Shown piece by piece: positions 9,296 through 17,783 of a stretch of 64,000 bases of DNA. The notes under the pieces are model-generated. The model did not search any database, was not told the origin of the DNA, and was given only the letters and a program-made list of their open reading frames with translations. Position numbers and translations under genes: made by a program. Within the stretch, counting starts at the first letter, position 1. Each line of letters begins with the position of its first letter. Source of the stretch: Hallerella sp. (GTDB lineage Bacteria > Bacillota_I > Bacilli_A > RFN20 > CAG-826); NCBI GenBank assembly GCA_963648925.1, contig CAVJFO010000009.1:25696-89695 (forward strand), given 5' to 3'.

Positions 9296-9726
9296 AACAA
9301 AGAAGCGAAGCAACAATTTCCTATACGATGAGTAGGATTCGTAGCAAAGACACCTCAATTGAGATTAAGTTACGGAAAGAATTATATAAAAGAGGATATC
9401 GTTATAGAACTAATTCCAAGTATATATTTGGACATCCTGATATATCTTTTAAGAAATACAAGGTTGTAGTCTTTTGCGATTCGGAATTTTGGCATGGAAA
9501 AAACTTTGAAGAAAACAAGAAGAAACTTCATTCAAATCTTGATTATTGGATACCAAAGATTGAAAGAAATATCGCTAGAGACAAAGAAGTTAACGACCAT
9601 TTAAAAGAAGAAGGCTACACCGTCATTCGTTTTTGGGGAGATGAAATTAATAAAAATATTGATAGATGTATTCAAAAAATCGAAGAAGAATTAGCCAAAA
9701 ATGGGTACAAAAAAAGTTCCAATTAA
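9292..9726 (+). CDS. vsr: Vsr-like (very-short-patch repair type) DNA endonuclease
   Basis: 144 aa. Vsr-family pattern MSRIRSKDTSIEIKLRKELYKRGYRYRTN...GHPDISF...VVVFCDSEFWHG...WIPKIERNIARDKEV...GYTVIRFWGDEI. ATGA overlap with the lipoprotein gene. Confidence 0.7.
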   Translation: MKQRSEATISYTMSRIRSKDTSIEIKLRKELYKRGYRYRTNSKYIFGHPDISFKKYKVVVFCDSEFWHGKNFEENKKKLHSNLDYWIPKIERNIARDKEVNDHLKEEGYTVIRFWGDEINKNIDRCIQKIEEELAKNGYKKSSN

Positions 9727-9739
9727 TGGAACTTTTTTA
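9710..9739. terminator. bidirectional rho-independent terminator between convergent genes
   Basis: Stem GTTCCA (9716-9721) / TGGAAC (9727-9732) with a 5-nt loop. An A-run lies upstream and a T-run downstream, so it can work in both directions. Confidence 0.6.
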
Positions 9740-9744
9740 ATTTG

Positions 9745-10236
9745 TTATTTGTTATTTGCTTCGGTAAAGAAGTTAAGAGCGGCCAAGCCTGCAGCGAAGA
9801 AACTGAAGACAATAACGCAAATGCTGCCAGATCCAAGAGAGATTTCAGGATGGGCATTAAGGAAATGCTCATAAGACCCAAAGTTGCAAGAAACGGCGTT
9901 AGCATCATAGAAGAAACGGATAGCGAAGAAGAAGAGGACACCTGCGGCAATTCCAAGAATTACCTCAATAACTGGAATGAATTTCTTTCCTGCGTCGCCA
10001 AGCATGAATCCAGCAAATCCCGTTATAACAAGAAGCATCAATATAACAAAGGAGATAACCAATGGCCAAACGACTTGATAATCGGAATTATGCATACCGA
10101 ACATTGCCACGAAGATATTTCCTTCAGGGGAATTAACTTTTTCGGAGAATATATCAGCAAACATGCACATCATAGCGACAAACGCCGATAACGCAACGAG
10201 AACCGAGAAGACTCTTGTATTAGATTTCTTTTTCAT
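9745..10236 (-). CDS. small integral membrane protein, function unknown
   Basis: 163 aa, basic N-terminus (MKKKSNTR) followed by about 4 hydrophobic helices. SD-like AAGGA upstream. Preferred over the antisense 9742-10191 ORF. Confidence 0.7.
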   Translation of the reverse strand: MKKKSNTRVFSVLVALSAFVAMMCMFADIFSEKVNSPEGNIFVAMFGMHNSDYQVVWPLVISFVILMLLVITGFAGFMLGDAGKKFIPVIEVILGIAAGVLFFFAIRFFYDANAVSCNFGSYEHFLNAHPEISLGSGSICVIVFSFFAAGLAALNFFTEANNK

Positions 10237-10469
10237 AATTTTTCTACGTCCTTTTCAATAAAAACACTTAGACCTAAAGTCTACCTTGAATATTCTACAT
10301 TTATTTTAAAAGTGCTTAAAGAGTTTTTATTCATAGAATAAGGGTTTTTTCCTCTTTGAAAGAGAATATCGATATTTTTCATTTCATTGATTACAGCAAA
10401 CAAGAAAACTTTCTATTTAGTTTGACGTATAATAAAGCATAAGGAAACCAATCTAAAAGGAATTTAAAA

Positions 10470-11147
10470 ATGAACTCGGTTTGCATAGCGTTTCTCATAG
10501 TTTATTGTTTTGTCGCTTTAACGAATTTATTTTTCTGCTTTATGGAAAATGAAAAACTTAGGAAAGCAAGCAAACCTTTTTGCATGATTAGCTTGATTGT
10601 GTTTGCTTTGGCTTTTGATGCTAAGAATATTTGGCTTTGGCTTTCTTTGCTATTAGCGTGGATTGGCGATGTTCTTTTCATCTTCAAGAAAAAGAAGTTA
10701 TTTGTCGTAGTTGGCATGTTTGCTTTCTTATTGGCACATGTCTTCTATTTATTTGAATTCGGCTATATTTTTAAGAGTATCTCACAAGATCTATTTAACT
10801 CTTATTGTTTTTTCTTGCGTTTCTATCCGTTATTTGTAATTCCAGGCCTCCCAATTTCCTTTATTTTGTCTAAAAAAGACATTACATTAACGATTGTTGG
10901 TTCGATATACCAATCCGTTTTGATAATGGTATTTGCCTCCGCCATATTTGCTTTAGCGAATAACGCATCGATATATTTCATTTTAATAGCGATAGGAGCG
11001 GTCTTATATTTCACCTCTGATTTCTTTAACGCTTATACGATGTTCATCAAGAGAATGAAAAAACGTGAACTGATCATCATGTCCACGTATTTATTAGCGC
11101 AAGCTTTTATTTGCCTTGGCGTTTACTTAGTTATTGTTCTTGGTTAA
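10470..11147 (+). CDS. YhhN-family membrane protein (lysoplasmalogenase family)
   Basis: 225 aa, polytopic. WIGDVLFIF and YFTSDFFNAY match the two YhhN-family motif regions (GD and SD boxes). Confidence 0.65.
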   Translation: MNSVCIAFLIVYCFVALTNLFFCFMENEKLRKASKPFCMISLIVFALAFDAKNIWLWLSLLLAWIGDVLFIFKKKKLFVVVGMFAFLLAHVFYLFEFGYIFKSISQDLFNSYCFFLRFYPLFVIPGLPISFILSKKDITLTIVGSIYQSVLIMVFASAIFALANNASIYFILIAIGAVLYFTSDFFNAYTMFIKRMKKRELIIMSTYLLAQAFICLGVYLVIVLG

Positions 11148-11729
11148 AAAATCGAGAAATTGTTTCGAAGCCTTATAACGATGGGAGACTGTATTCTTTT
11201 CTTCATCCGTCGCATCGCCAAAGCATTTCCCTAATTCATATGATTTAAATATAGGATCATAGCCAAAACCATTAAACCCTCCGATATGATCGGTTATTTC
11301 CCCTTCACATATGCCATTAAAGAAATGAGGGGTTCCATCTTTTCCTTCGACATAACAGATTGAGCAATGGTATGCTGCCTTACGATTTGAATTTCCTTTA
11401 AGCAAGGATAAGACATGTTCATCCACTTTGCGATAGTCATCAGATATTGAAGAAGCCCATCTAGCAGAATTAATTCCAGGGAAATGCTCACCCAATCCTT
11501 CGATTTCGATTCCGGAATCATCGGAGACAACGGTCATATTTAATTTATCCGCAAGAAATTTGGCTTTGATATAAGCGTTCTCTTCATACGTCTTGCCGTT
11601 TTCTTCAACGTCTATTTTAATATTAAGGTCTTTAGCGGAAACAACTTCATATCCAAGCGGTTCAAGAATTTCTTTGAATTCACGAACTTTATTAGCGTTA
11701 TGTGTAGCTATAAGTATTTTCTTTTCCAT
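11127..11729 (-). CDS. rdgB: non-canonical purine NTP pyrophosphatase (RdgB/HAM1 family)
   Basis: ILIATHNANKVREFKEIL, SDDSGIEI and GFGYDPIF. I place the start at ATG 11729 (MEKKILIAT), preceded by GGAGAG, rather than the track's 11747. The 3' end overlaps the YhhN gene by 21 nt (convergent). Confidence 0.9.
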   Translation of the reverse strand: MEKKILIATHNANKVREFKEILEPLGYEVVSAKDLNIKIDVEENGKTYEENAYIKAKFLADKLNMTVVSDDSGIEIEGLGEHFPGINSARWASSISDDYRKVDEHVLSLLKGNSNRKAAYHCSICYVEGKDGTPHFFNGICEGEITDHIGGFNGFGYDPIFKSYELGKCFGDATDEEKNTVSHRYKASKQFLDFLTKNNN

Positions 11730-11753
11730 TAATTCTCTCCTAAACAAGTAGGT

Positions 11754-11781
11754 ATTATAGTTTAAAAAAACAACTCGGCAA
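11754..11781 (-). promoter_or_regulatory. sigma-70-type promoter for rdgB (-35 TTGCCG, 16-nt spacer, -10 TATAAT)
   Basis: Reverse complement reads TTGCCGagttgtttttttaaacTATAAT. It lies ~25 nt upstream of the rdgB start. Confidence 0.45.
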
Positions 11782-11854
11782 GAAAACCCAATCCCGAATA
11801 AGAATAATTTGGGCTAACATTTGAAATAAAAATCAATCTGTTCAGTAAAAATAA

Positions 11855-11882
11855 AGAAAAAAACCTGATAATTACTATCAGG
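11855..11882 (-). terminator. rho-independent terminator after tRNA-Gly
   Basis: On the minus strand: stem CCTGATA / TATCAGG (11864-11870 / 11876-11882), 5-nt loop, followed by T7. Confidence 0.7.
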
Positions 11883-11895
11883 CAAATTTTCTAAG

Positions 11896-11969
11896 TGGAG
11901 CAGGTGACGGGAATCGAACCCGCATGGTTAGCTTGGAAGGCTAATGTTCTACCACTGAACTACACCTGC
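11896..11969 (-). tRNA. tRNA-Gly (anticodon UCC), CCA encoded
   Basis: Reverse complement: GCAGGTGTAGTTCAGTGGTAGAACATTAGCCTTCCAAGCTAACCATGCGGGTTCGATTCCCGTCACCTGCTCCA. It folds as a cloverleaf with anticodon loop CTTCCAA. Confidence 0.9.
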
Positions 11970-11973
11970 AACC

Positions 11974-12050
11974 TGGCGGACCATACGAGATTCGAACTCG
12001 TGGTCTTCTCCGTGACAGGGAGACATGTTAGGCCGCTACACCAATGGTCC
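11974..12050 (-). tRNA. tRNA-Asp (anticodon GUC), CCA encoded
   Basis: Reverse complement: GGACCATTGGTGTAGCGGCCTAACATGTCTCCCTGTCACGGAGAAGACCACGAGTTCGAATCTCGTATGGTCCGCCA. Anticodon loop CTGTCAC; acceptor stem GGACCAT/ATGGTCC. Confidence 0.9.
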
Positions 12051-12112
12051 GTATCAGTGCGAGAGAAAATATATCACACCTTAGGCAAACAATCAAAATG
12101 TTTTTTCTAAAA

Positions 12113-12421
12113 TTATGCAATTTCGATAAATTTCTTCACTGATTCTTCGCTGATATAACCAACAGATTCATTAACTAAAGTGCCATCTTTGAAGAAAATA
12201 AGAGTTGGAATAGAAGCAATTCCGTATCTTCTTCCTAAATCTTCATTTTTGTCAACATCAACTCTAAGTAAGGTATACGAAGGATTTTCTTCGATAACTT
12301 TTTCAACGATTGGGGCAAGCATCTTGCATGGTCCGCACCATACGGCATAAAAATCAACTAAGACTTTGCCTTCTTTTATTGCTTCATCAAATTCTGCGAC
12401 TGTTTCAATTTCTTTAATCAT
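12113..12421 (-). CDS. trxA: thioredoxin
   Basis: 102 aa, WCGPCK active site and cis-Pro IPTLIFF. AAGGAG SD. Confidence 0.95.
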   Translation of the reverse strand: MIKEIETVAEFDEAIKEGKVLVDFYAVWCGPCKMLAPIVEKVIEENPSYTLLRVDVDKNEDLGRRYGIASIPTLIFFKDGTLVNESVGYISEESVKKFIEIA

Positions 12422-12438
12422 AACTATTAACTCCTTTG

Positions 12439-13344
12439 TTACTTAAATATTAAACCAAATATCAAGGCAATCAAAACGATATGCACTGGATAATATAAAT
12501 AAGCTGAATATCTAAACCATTTTTTGTTGTAACCGCGTTCTCCATTGTAGAAAATCAAAACGAATATCGATAGGATGGCGTATGATTGGGGGATTAGAAG
12601 GAAGTAAGGGTCGATTTGTGGCCAAAGATAGGAAATCGTCCAAAATACTAGAGTTACGACAAGAATAACCGTTGCGCAAATCGTGTTAATTAAGCTTTGA
12701 AATTTCTTGCCTTCCTTATAGGGTGACATATCGATTTCGGCTTTCTTTTCCATTTTCTCCAAAGTTTTTAAAGCAAACGGCTTAGCATAATAGAAACCCA
12801 AGAACATTATGAATCCCATCAAAGAATAAGCGCATCTTGCCCATTCAGGAATAACAGTAGACCAGTTGGATGTCATGTTATTAAAGGAAGCGTAAACTTC
12901 TGAAATTTGCATAGCGTAACAAATAATCACAAACGCTAAAGGAATGACGCTTAAAACTTTCCAAGCGCCTTTCATTTCCAAAAAATAGATAAAAAGGGCA
13001 TAGCAAAGTAAATCAGTGAAAGCCTGAGCAAGGGGAGAGGTAAAACCTAATGGCTGAACGCTGTTGATAATAAATTGAGCGACGAAAATAACGCCCCATA
13101 GGATAGCTAAACGTAATATATAGTTAAGCCGATCATGGGTTTTTCTTAAACCTTCCGCTAACATGAAAATGTATAAAGGAAAAGCGATTCTTCCTAAGAC
13201 GCGGAAGACTAAACCTGTGTTTGCCATTATGGCATTATTAACGGCATATTCTTGCAAGAAATAGCCAATATGATCCAATGTCATACTAAATATGGCGATG
13301 ACTTTGATCCAAAATTCATTTAAAACTAATGCTTTTTCTTTCAT
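12439..13344 (-). CDS. TraX-family membrane protein
   Basis: 301 aa, polytopic. N-terminal KVIAIFSMTLDHIGYF is the typical TraX-family start motif. Confidence 0.65.
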   Translation of the reverse strand: MKEKALVLNEFWIKVIAIFSMTLDHIGYFLQEYAVNNAIMANTGLVFRVLGRIAFPLYIFMLAEGLRKTHDRLNYILRLAILWGVIFVAQFIINSVQPLGFTSPLAQAFTDLLCYALFIYFLEMKGAWKVLSVIPLAFVIICYAMQISEVYASFNNMTSNWSTVIPEWARCAYSLMGFIMFLGFYYAKPFALKTLEKMEKKAEIDMSPYKEGKKFQSLINTICATVILVVTLVFWTISYLWPQIDPYFLLIPQSYAILSIFVLIFYNGERGYNKKWFRYSAYLYYPVHIVLIALIFGLIFK

Positions 13345-13348
13345 GTTT

Positions 13349-14227
13349 TTATTTTTGCTGAGCCAAAACTAATATGACGGATAAAAGATTGTTAAGGGCA
13401 TGCGCGCTAAAGGAGGCAGAGAATCCGAACTTATCATATGCGAAAGAGAGACATAGACCTGCGATTAAGTAAGAAGGGAAAGAAAGCCATTCATTAAGCG
13501 AAGAGAAGTCTTTCATGTGTATAAGGCCAAAGACTAAACTGACAACCACATAAGCTAATACGGTATTAATACGTTTTAAGAATGTAAAGGCACCAACTCT
13601 ATAAGTTAATTCTTCAACAAATGGAGCAACAAGCCCTGTAACAATAATGGCTAAAGCAGGAGATAGAACAACGGTTGATTCAACTGCGCCTTGGTTAATA
13701 TTAGTCCCCGCTCCTAGCTTTTCGGAGATAATTCCCCAAATTGAGGAAAGGATGATTAAGGCAAACCCAAATCCTAAACCAACTAAAACTTTATATGATA
13801 AGAAAGACTTAAAAAGCCTAATATTGTCTTTCCATAAAAATAAAAGCATCGCAACAAAGATTGTAATATATGTGCTATCGTTAAGAATCATTGAGAAGTT
13901 AGCGGTGGAGGAATATTCAGCTAAAGCGTTTGTAAGTTCTTCTCCGCTTAACCCAGATTGTCTTAAAACTACTGCTTGCTGAGTCAAAAGAATGACTCCG
14001 ATTATTTGAGCAACGCAAGTTAGCAAAACAAACCCAAACAAGAAGAGGACTATTTCTCTAACCGGCCCAATAGGCAAGAGAGAGGAAAAAGAACGTTTTT
14101 TTGGGTCGTCAAGATTGTTTTTAGCCTTACAAGAAGGACACTCATCGCGAAGATAATCGTAATTTTTTCCGCATTCTTCGCATTTAACTTTTTTAAAGGG
14201 ATTCGATATATATTTCATAAAAAACAT
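13349..14227 (-). CDS. CPBP-family intramembrane metalloprotease (CAAX/Abi type) with N-terminal zinc ribbon
   Basis: 292 aa. CEECG...CPSC near the N-terminus. CPBP motifs FVEELTYR (EExxxR), FGLIH and HALNN. An alternative start is ATG 14218. Confidence 0.75.
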   Translation of the reverse strand: MFFMKYISNPFKKVKCEECGKNYDYLRDECPSCKAKNNLDDPKKRSFSSLLPIGPVREIVLFLFGFVLLTCVAQIIGVILLTQQAVVLRQSGLSGEELTNALAEYSSTANFSMILNDSTYITIFVAMLLFLWKDNIRLFKSFLSYKVLVGLGFGFALIILSSIWGIISEKLGAGTNINQGAVESTVVLSPALAIIVTGLVAPFVEELTYRVGAFTFLKRINTVLAYVVVSLVFGLIHMKDFSSLNEWLSFPSYLIAGLCLSFAYDKFGFSASFSAHALNNLLSVILVLAQQK

Positions 14228-14274
14228 TTTAAGGCAATATCATAGATATTTCATCCATATTTTTAATGACAATT

Positions 14275-14283
14275 TGCTATAAT
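14275..14283 (+). promoter_or_regulatory. extended -10 box TGcTATAAT, 8 nt upstream of ATG 14292; candidate leaderless promoter
   Basis: Perfect TATAAT with a TGn extension. No room for an SD before the start codon. Confidence 0.5.
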
Positions 14284-14291
14284 GCTTAGGT

Positions 14292-14897
14292 ATGCTTGTC
14301 CCTTATTCATATCAGGAAAAAGAAATAAATGTCTTAGGCTCAAGGTTTATTGCGATTTTAGTTCCTCTTGATTCTTTTGAAGATATTGATGATGTTCTTA
14401 AACAAATAAAGGAAAAGTACCCTAAGGCAACCCACTATCCTTACGCGGCTAGATTTACGCCTTATGAAAAAGCGAGCGATGATGGCGAACCGTCTAGATC
14501 GGTTGGAATTCCTTTACTAACCTTGCTCACCCAAAAGGAAATCGATCACGCTTTCCTTTGCGTCGTTAGATATTTTGGCGGAACGAAATTAGGGCTCTCT
14601 AGACTCACTAGAACATACCGTGAAGCATCATCTTTGCTTATAGAAGAAGGGAGTTTTGCTAGGGAAATTTGGATTTCTAGAAAAAAAGTCGAGCTATCGT
14701 ATTCCGATTTTGAGTTCTTGAAACGTAAGCTCAAAGACCAAGACGTCGAAATAAAAGATGTAATTTATGACATTTCGGTAACGATTTCTTTAGAAGGAAA
14801 TGATAAAATCATTCTAGCGGCCTTGGAAAATGTTCCAAATGCTAAAATTTTAGAAAAAGATGAGATATTAACGAAAAGGAGGATAAGCAATGATTAA
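14292..14897 (+). CDS. yigZ: YigZ / IMPACT-family protein (UPF0029)
   Basis: 201 aa with HYPYAARF, SDDGEPSRSVGIPLL and VVRYFGGTKLG. Confidence 0.8.
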   Translation: MLVPYSYQEKEINVLGSRFIAILVPLDSFEDIDDVLKQIKEKYPKATHYPYAARFTPYEKASDDGEPSRSVGIPLLTLLTQKEIDHAFLCVVRYFGGTKLGLSRLTRTYREASSLLIEEGSFAREIWISRKKVELSYSDFEFLKRKLKDQDVEIKDVIYDISVTISLEGNDKIILAALENVPNAKILEKDEILTKRRISND

Positions 14898-16182
14898 CGC
14901 AAGTGAATTCGAAGAGAGACGCTCTCGCTTACTCGCTATGATGGACAATAATTCTGCCCTTGTTTTATATTCGGGGGTCAGCAAAATAAGTTCAGCTGAT
15001 GAAACTTATCCATTTGAAGTGAATAAAAACTTCCATTATTTGACCGGCATCAATCAAGAAGACTCTGCCCTTTTGCTTGTCAATTCATACGGAGAGATGA
15101 AAGAATTCTTGTTTATTTCTCCATTTGATGAAAGAAAAGAGAAATGGTATGGGAAACGTCTCACACCACAAGAAGCAACCAAAATTTCCGGCTTGAAAAA
15201 TGTCCAAGTCATTGATTCTTTAACGGCTAAAATTGATGAGATTTTAAATCCTAAATTCCAAGTTTACGGTGAAATAAATAAACTTTATCTCGATTTAGAC
15301 CGTGAAATCAAAATTGCAGATGATATGACCACTAAAGATCTTAAGAGAACTTTGGAAACAACTTATAGCGACGTTGTTATCTCTGATGCTTACCCTCTTA
15401 TAACGACTCTTCGTTTAAGAAAATCTGCGACAGAGATCGCTGAGCTTCGTTCCGCTATCGAAACGACAAGAATTGGCATTTATTCGGTTTGGTCTTGCAT
15501 GAGAGTAGGAATGAAAGAATATGAATTGGCTGATCTTTTCAACAAAACCGTTAATGATTTAAATGGCTATGAAGGATTGGCTTTCCCAACGATCATGGCT
15601 TCGGGAATTCATGGAACCGTCCTCCATTACCCAAATCCGATGGATACACTAAAGGATGGCGATTTGCTTCTTTCCGATTTGGGCTCAAGAAAGAATTTCT
15701 ATTGTGCCGATGTAACTAGAACCGTTCCGGTAAATGGCAAATTCACGCCATTGCAAAAACAAATATATGAAATGGTTTTAGGATGCAATAAAACAATCGC
15801 CAATAAAGCTAAGCCTGGCGTAACGATTGAAGAACTTCAAAAAACAGCAGAAGAATACCTTGCAAAAGAATGCTTAGCTGCAGGCTTCATAGAAAATAAA
15901 GAAGACATCCACAATTATTTTTTCCATGGTATATCGCACTTCATTGGCTTAGATACTCACGATCCATATATGAATGTAAATTCTAGAGATTATAGAACTT
16001 TGCCGCTTGAATCCGGAATGGTCATTTCTAACGAACCAGGGCTTTATATGGCTGATAAAGGAATTGGCATTCGTATTGAGGATGACTTACTTATTACAAA
16101 TGATGGCTGTGAGGTCTTAACAAAGGGCATCATCAAGGAAGTTTCCGAAATCGAAAACGCTCTAGCTAATAAGAATTTTTAA
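14890..16182 (+). CDS. pepP: Xaa-Pro aminopeptidase (M24B family)
   Basis: 430 aa. Metal-ligand regions DLGSRKNFYCADVTRT, HGISHFIGLDTHD, NEPGLY and IRIEDD. AGGAGG SD; 8-nt overlap with yigZ. Confidence 0.85.
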   Translation: MINASEFEERRSRLLAMMDNNSALVLYSGVSKISSADETYPFEVNKNFHYLTGINQEDSALLLVNSYGEMKEFLFISPFDERKEKWYGKRLTPQEATKISGLKNVQVIDSLTAKIDEILNPKFQVYGEINKLYLDLDREIKIADDMTTKDLKRTLETTYSDVVISDAYPLITTLRLRKSATEIAELRSAIETTRIGIYSVWSCMRVGMKEYELADLFNKTVNDLNGYEGLAFPTIMASGIHGTVLHYPNPMDTLKDGDLLLSDLGSRKNFYCADVTRTVPVNGKFTPLQKQIYEMVLGCNKTIANKAKPGVTIEELQKTAEEYLAKECLAAGFIENKEDIHNYFFHGISHFIGLDTHDPYMNVNSRDYRTLPLESGMVISNEPGLYMADKGIGIRIEDDLLITNDGCEVLTKGIIKEVSEIENALANKNF

Positions 16183-16198
16183 GTTATTTAAAAAAAGT

Positions 16199-16229
16199 GA
16201 CTTTGATTGATTCAAAGTCCTTTTTATTT
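16199..16229 (+). terminator. rho-independent terminator after pepP
   Basis: Stem GACTTTG (16199-16205) / CAAAGTC (16213-16219), 7-nt loop, then CTTTTTATTT. Confidence 0.7.
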
Positions 16230-16237
16230 ACTCTTTT

Positions 16238-16257
16238 TTGTAAGATAATAGTTACAA
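16238..16257 (+). promoter_or_regulatory. inverted repeat TTGTAA-N8-TTACAA overlapping a GATAAT -10-like box upstream of glpK; candidate operator
   Basis: 6-bp perfect arms at 16238-16243 and 16252-16257. GATAAT (16244-16249) sits in the spacer. Confidence 0.3.
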
Positions 16258-16283
16258 CATATCCGAAAGGACATATAAATAAC

Positions 16284-17768
16284 ATGAAGAAATATATTTT
16301 AGCAATCGATCAAGGCACGACGTCAACTCGCGCTATCCTTATTTCCAAATCTGGAGAAAAACTTTATCAGGCTCAACGTCCAGTTGAATGCCTCTATCCA
16401 AAACCAGGATGGGTAGAACAAGACGCTAATTCAATTTGGATTTCCGTAGTTGATGTCATCAATGAATTATTGATTGTTTCCGGGGCGTCAATGGATGAAG
16501 TCGCTGCAATTGGTATCACCAATCAAAGAGAAACGACCGTTATTTGGGATAAAAAAACTGGCAAAGCCATTCATAACGCTATTGTTTGGCAATCAAAACA
16601 AACCCAAGATATTTGTGAACGTTATTTAGATAAGATGGAACTTATCCGTGAAAAAACAGGTTTGAGAATTAACCCTTATTTCTCTGCGTCAAAGATTCGT
16701 TTCATTCTTGAAAAAGTTCCAGGCGCCGAAGAAAAAATGGAAGCGGGCGACCTTCTTTTCGGAACTATTGATACATGGATTATTTACAAGATGACAAAAG
16801 GCAGAGTTCATGCCACAGATTATTCAAACGCTTCAAGAACTCTTCTCTTTAATATAAAGGATTTATGCTGGGATGAAGAATTGTTAGAGATGTGGAAGAT
16901 TAACAAAAACATGCTTCCTGAAGTTAAAAACAACGATGCTGACTTTGGCGAAGCCTCATTCTTCTCTGGCGGAGTTCATATTTTTGGCGTTGCTGGCGAC
17001 CAACAAGCCGCCTTATTTGGCCAATGCTGTTTTGAAAAAGGCCAATCAAAAAATACCTATGGAACAGGCTGTTTCATGCTTATGAACTGTGGGAATAAGC
17101 CAATTATCTCTAATAATGGTTTGCTTACGACAATCGCTTGGAAGATCGGCGATGAAACTACATACGCTTTAGAAGGTTCGGTCTTTATTGGCGGAGCGGT
17201 AGTGCAATGGCTTAGAGATGAGATGGCTTGGTTCAAACATTCGTCTCAGTCTGAGGAATACGCTTCAAGAAAGCCTGATACAAATGGAGTCTATGTAGTT
17301 CCGGCTTTTGTTGGTTTAGGAACGCCTTATTGGGATGACGATGCAAGAGGAGCAATCTTCGGCTTAACTCGTGGAGCTGATCGTCACAATATCGTTAGAG
17401 CCGCTCTTTATTCAATCGCCTATCAATCGACGGACGTCATTAAAACTATGCAAGATGATGCCGGACTTGACTTAAAAGTGCTAAAAGTTGATGGTGGAGC
17501 ATCCGCGAATGATATGCTAATGCAATTCCAAGCCGATATTCTTCAAGCTGAGGTTAGATTGCCTTCTTGCGTTGAAACGACGGCGTTAGGCACTGGGTAT
17601 TTAGCTGGTCTAGGCTGTGGTTTTTGGAAGGATCTTAAAGAAATCGAATCAAATCACACATGCTCAAAACGTTTCGTTCCTCAAATGAAAAAAGAAGAAG
17701 CGGATAAACTTTATGAAGGATGGCAAGAGGCAGTTAAAGCAACTCGTGCCTATAAACCCAAAAATTAG
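16284..17768 (+). CDS. glpK: glycerol kinase
   Basis: MKKYILAIDQGTTSTRA, GITNQRETT, VHATDYSNASRT and GGASAN. Start moved to ATG 16284, because the track's GTG 16197 extension covers the upstream terminator. Confidence 0.95.
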   Translation: MKKYILAIDQGTTSTRAILISKSGEKLYQAQRPVECLYPKPGWVEQDANSIWISVVDVINELLIVSGASMDEVAAIGITNQRETTVIWDKKTGKAIHNAIVWQSKQTQDICERYLDKMELIREKTGLRINPYFSASKIRFILEKVPGAEEKMEAGDLLFGTIDTWIIYKMTKGRVHATDYSNASRTLLFNIKDLCWDEELLEMWKINKNMLPEVKNNDADFGEASFFSGGVHIFGVAGDQQAALFGQCCFEKGQSKNTYGTGCFMLMNCGNKPIISNNGLLTTIAWKIGDETTYALEGSVFIGGAVVQWLRDEMAWFKHSSQSEEYASRKPDTNGVYVVPAFVGLGTPYWDDDARGAIFGLTRGADRHNIVRAALYSIAYQSTDVIKTMQDDAGLDLKVLKVDGGASANDMLMQFQADILQAEVRLPSCVETTALGTGYLAGLGCGFWKDLKEIESNHTCSKRFVPQMKKEEADKLYEGWQEAVKATRAYKPKN

Positions 17769-17783
17769 CTATAATATGTGGGC

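Noticed and set aside
9742-10191. 149-aa plus-strand ORF opposite the 9745-10236 membrane-protein gene
   Set aside because: Its translation is charged, low-complexity sequence with no SD. The minus-strand frame gives a coherent basic N-terminus plus four hydrophobic helices and has an upstream AAGGA. I treat the plus ORF as a shadow ORF.
11895-12110. 71-aa plus-strand ORF
   Set aside because: It lies entirely across the two minus-strand tRNA genes (Gly, Asp) and their spacer. It is an artefact of stop-free tRNA sequence.
16197-16283. GTG-initiated 29-codon N-terminal extension of glpK in the ORF track
   Set aside because: It would start inside the pepP terminator hairpin. The conserved GlpK N-terminus begins at MKKYILAIDQGTTS (ATG 16284), which has an upstream GAAAGG.
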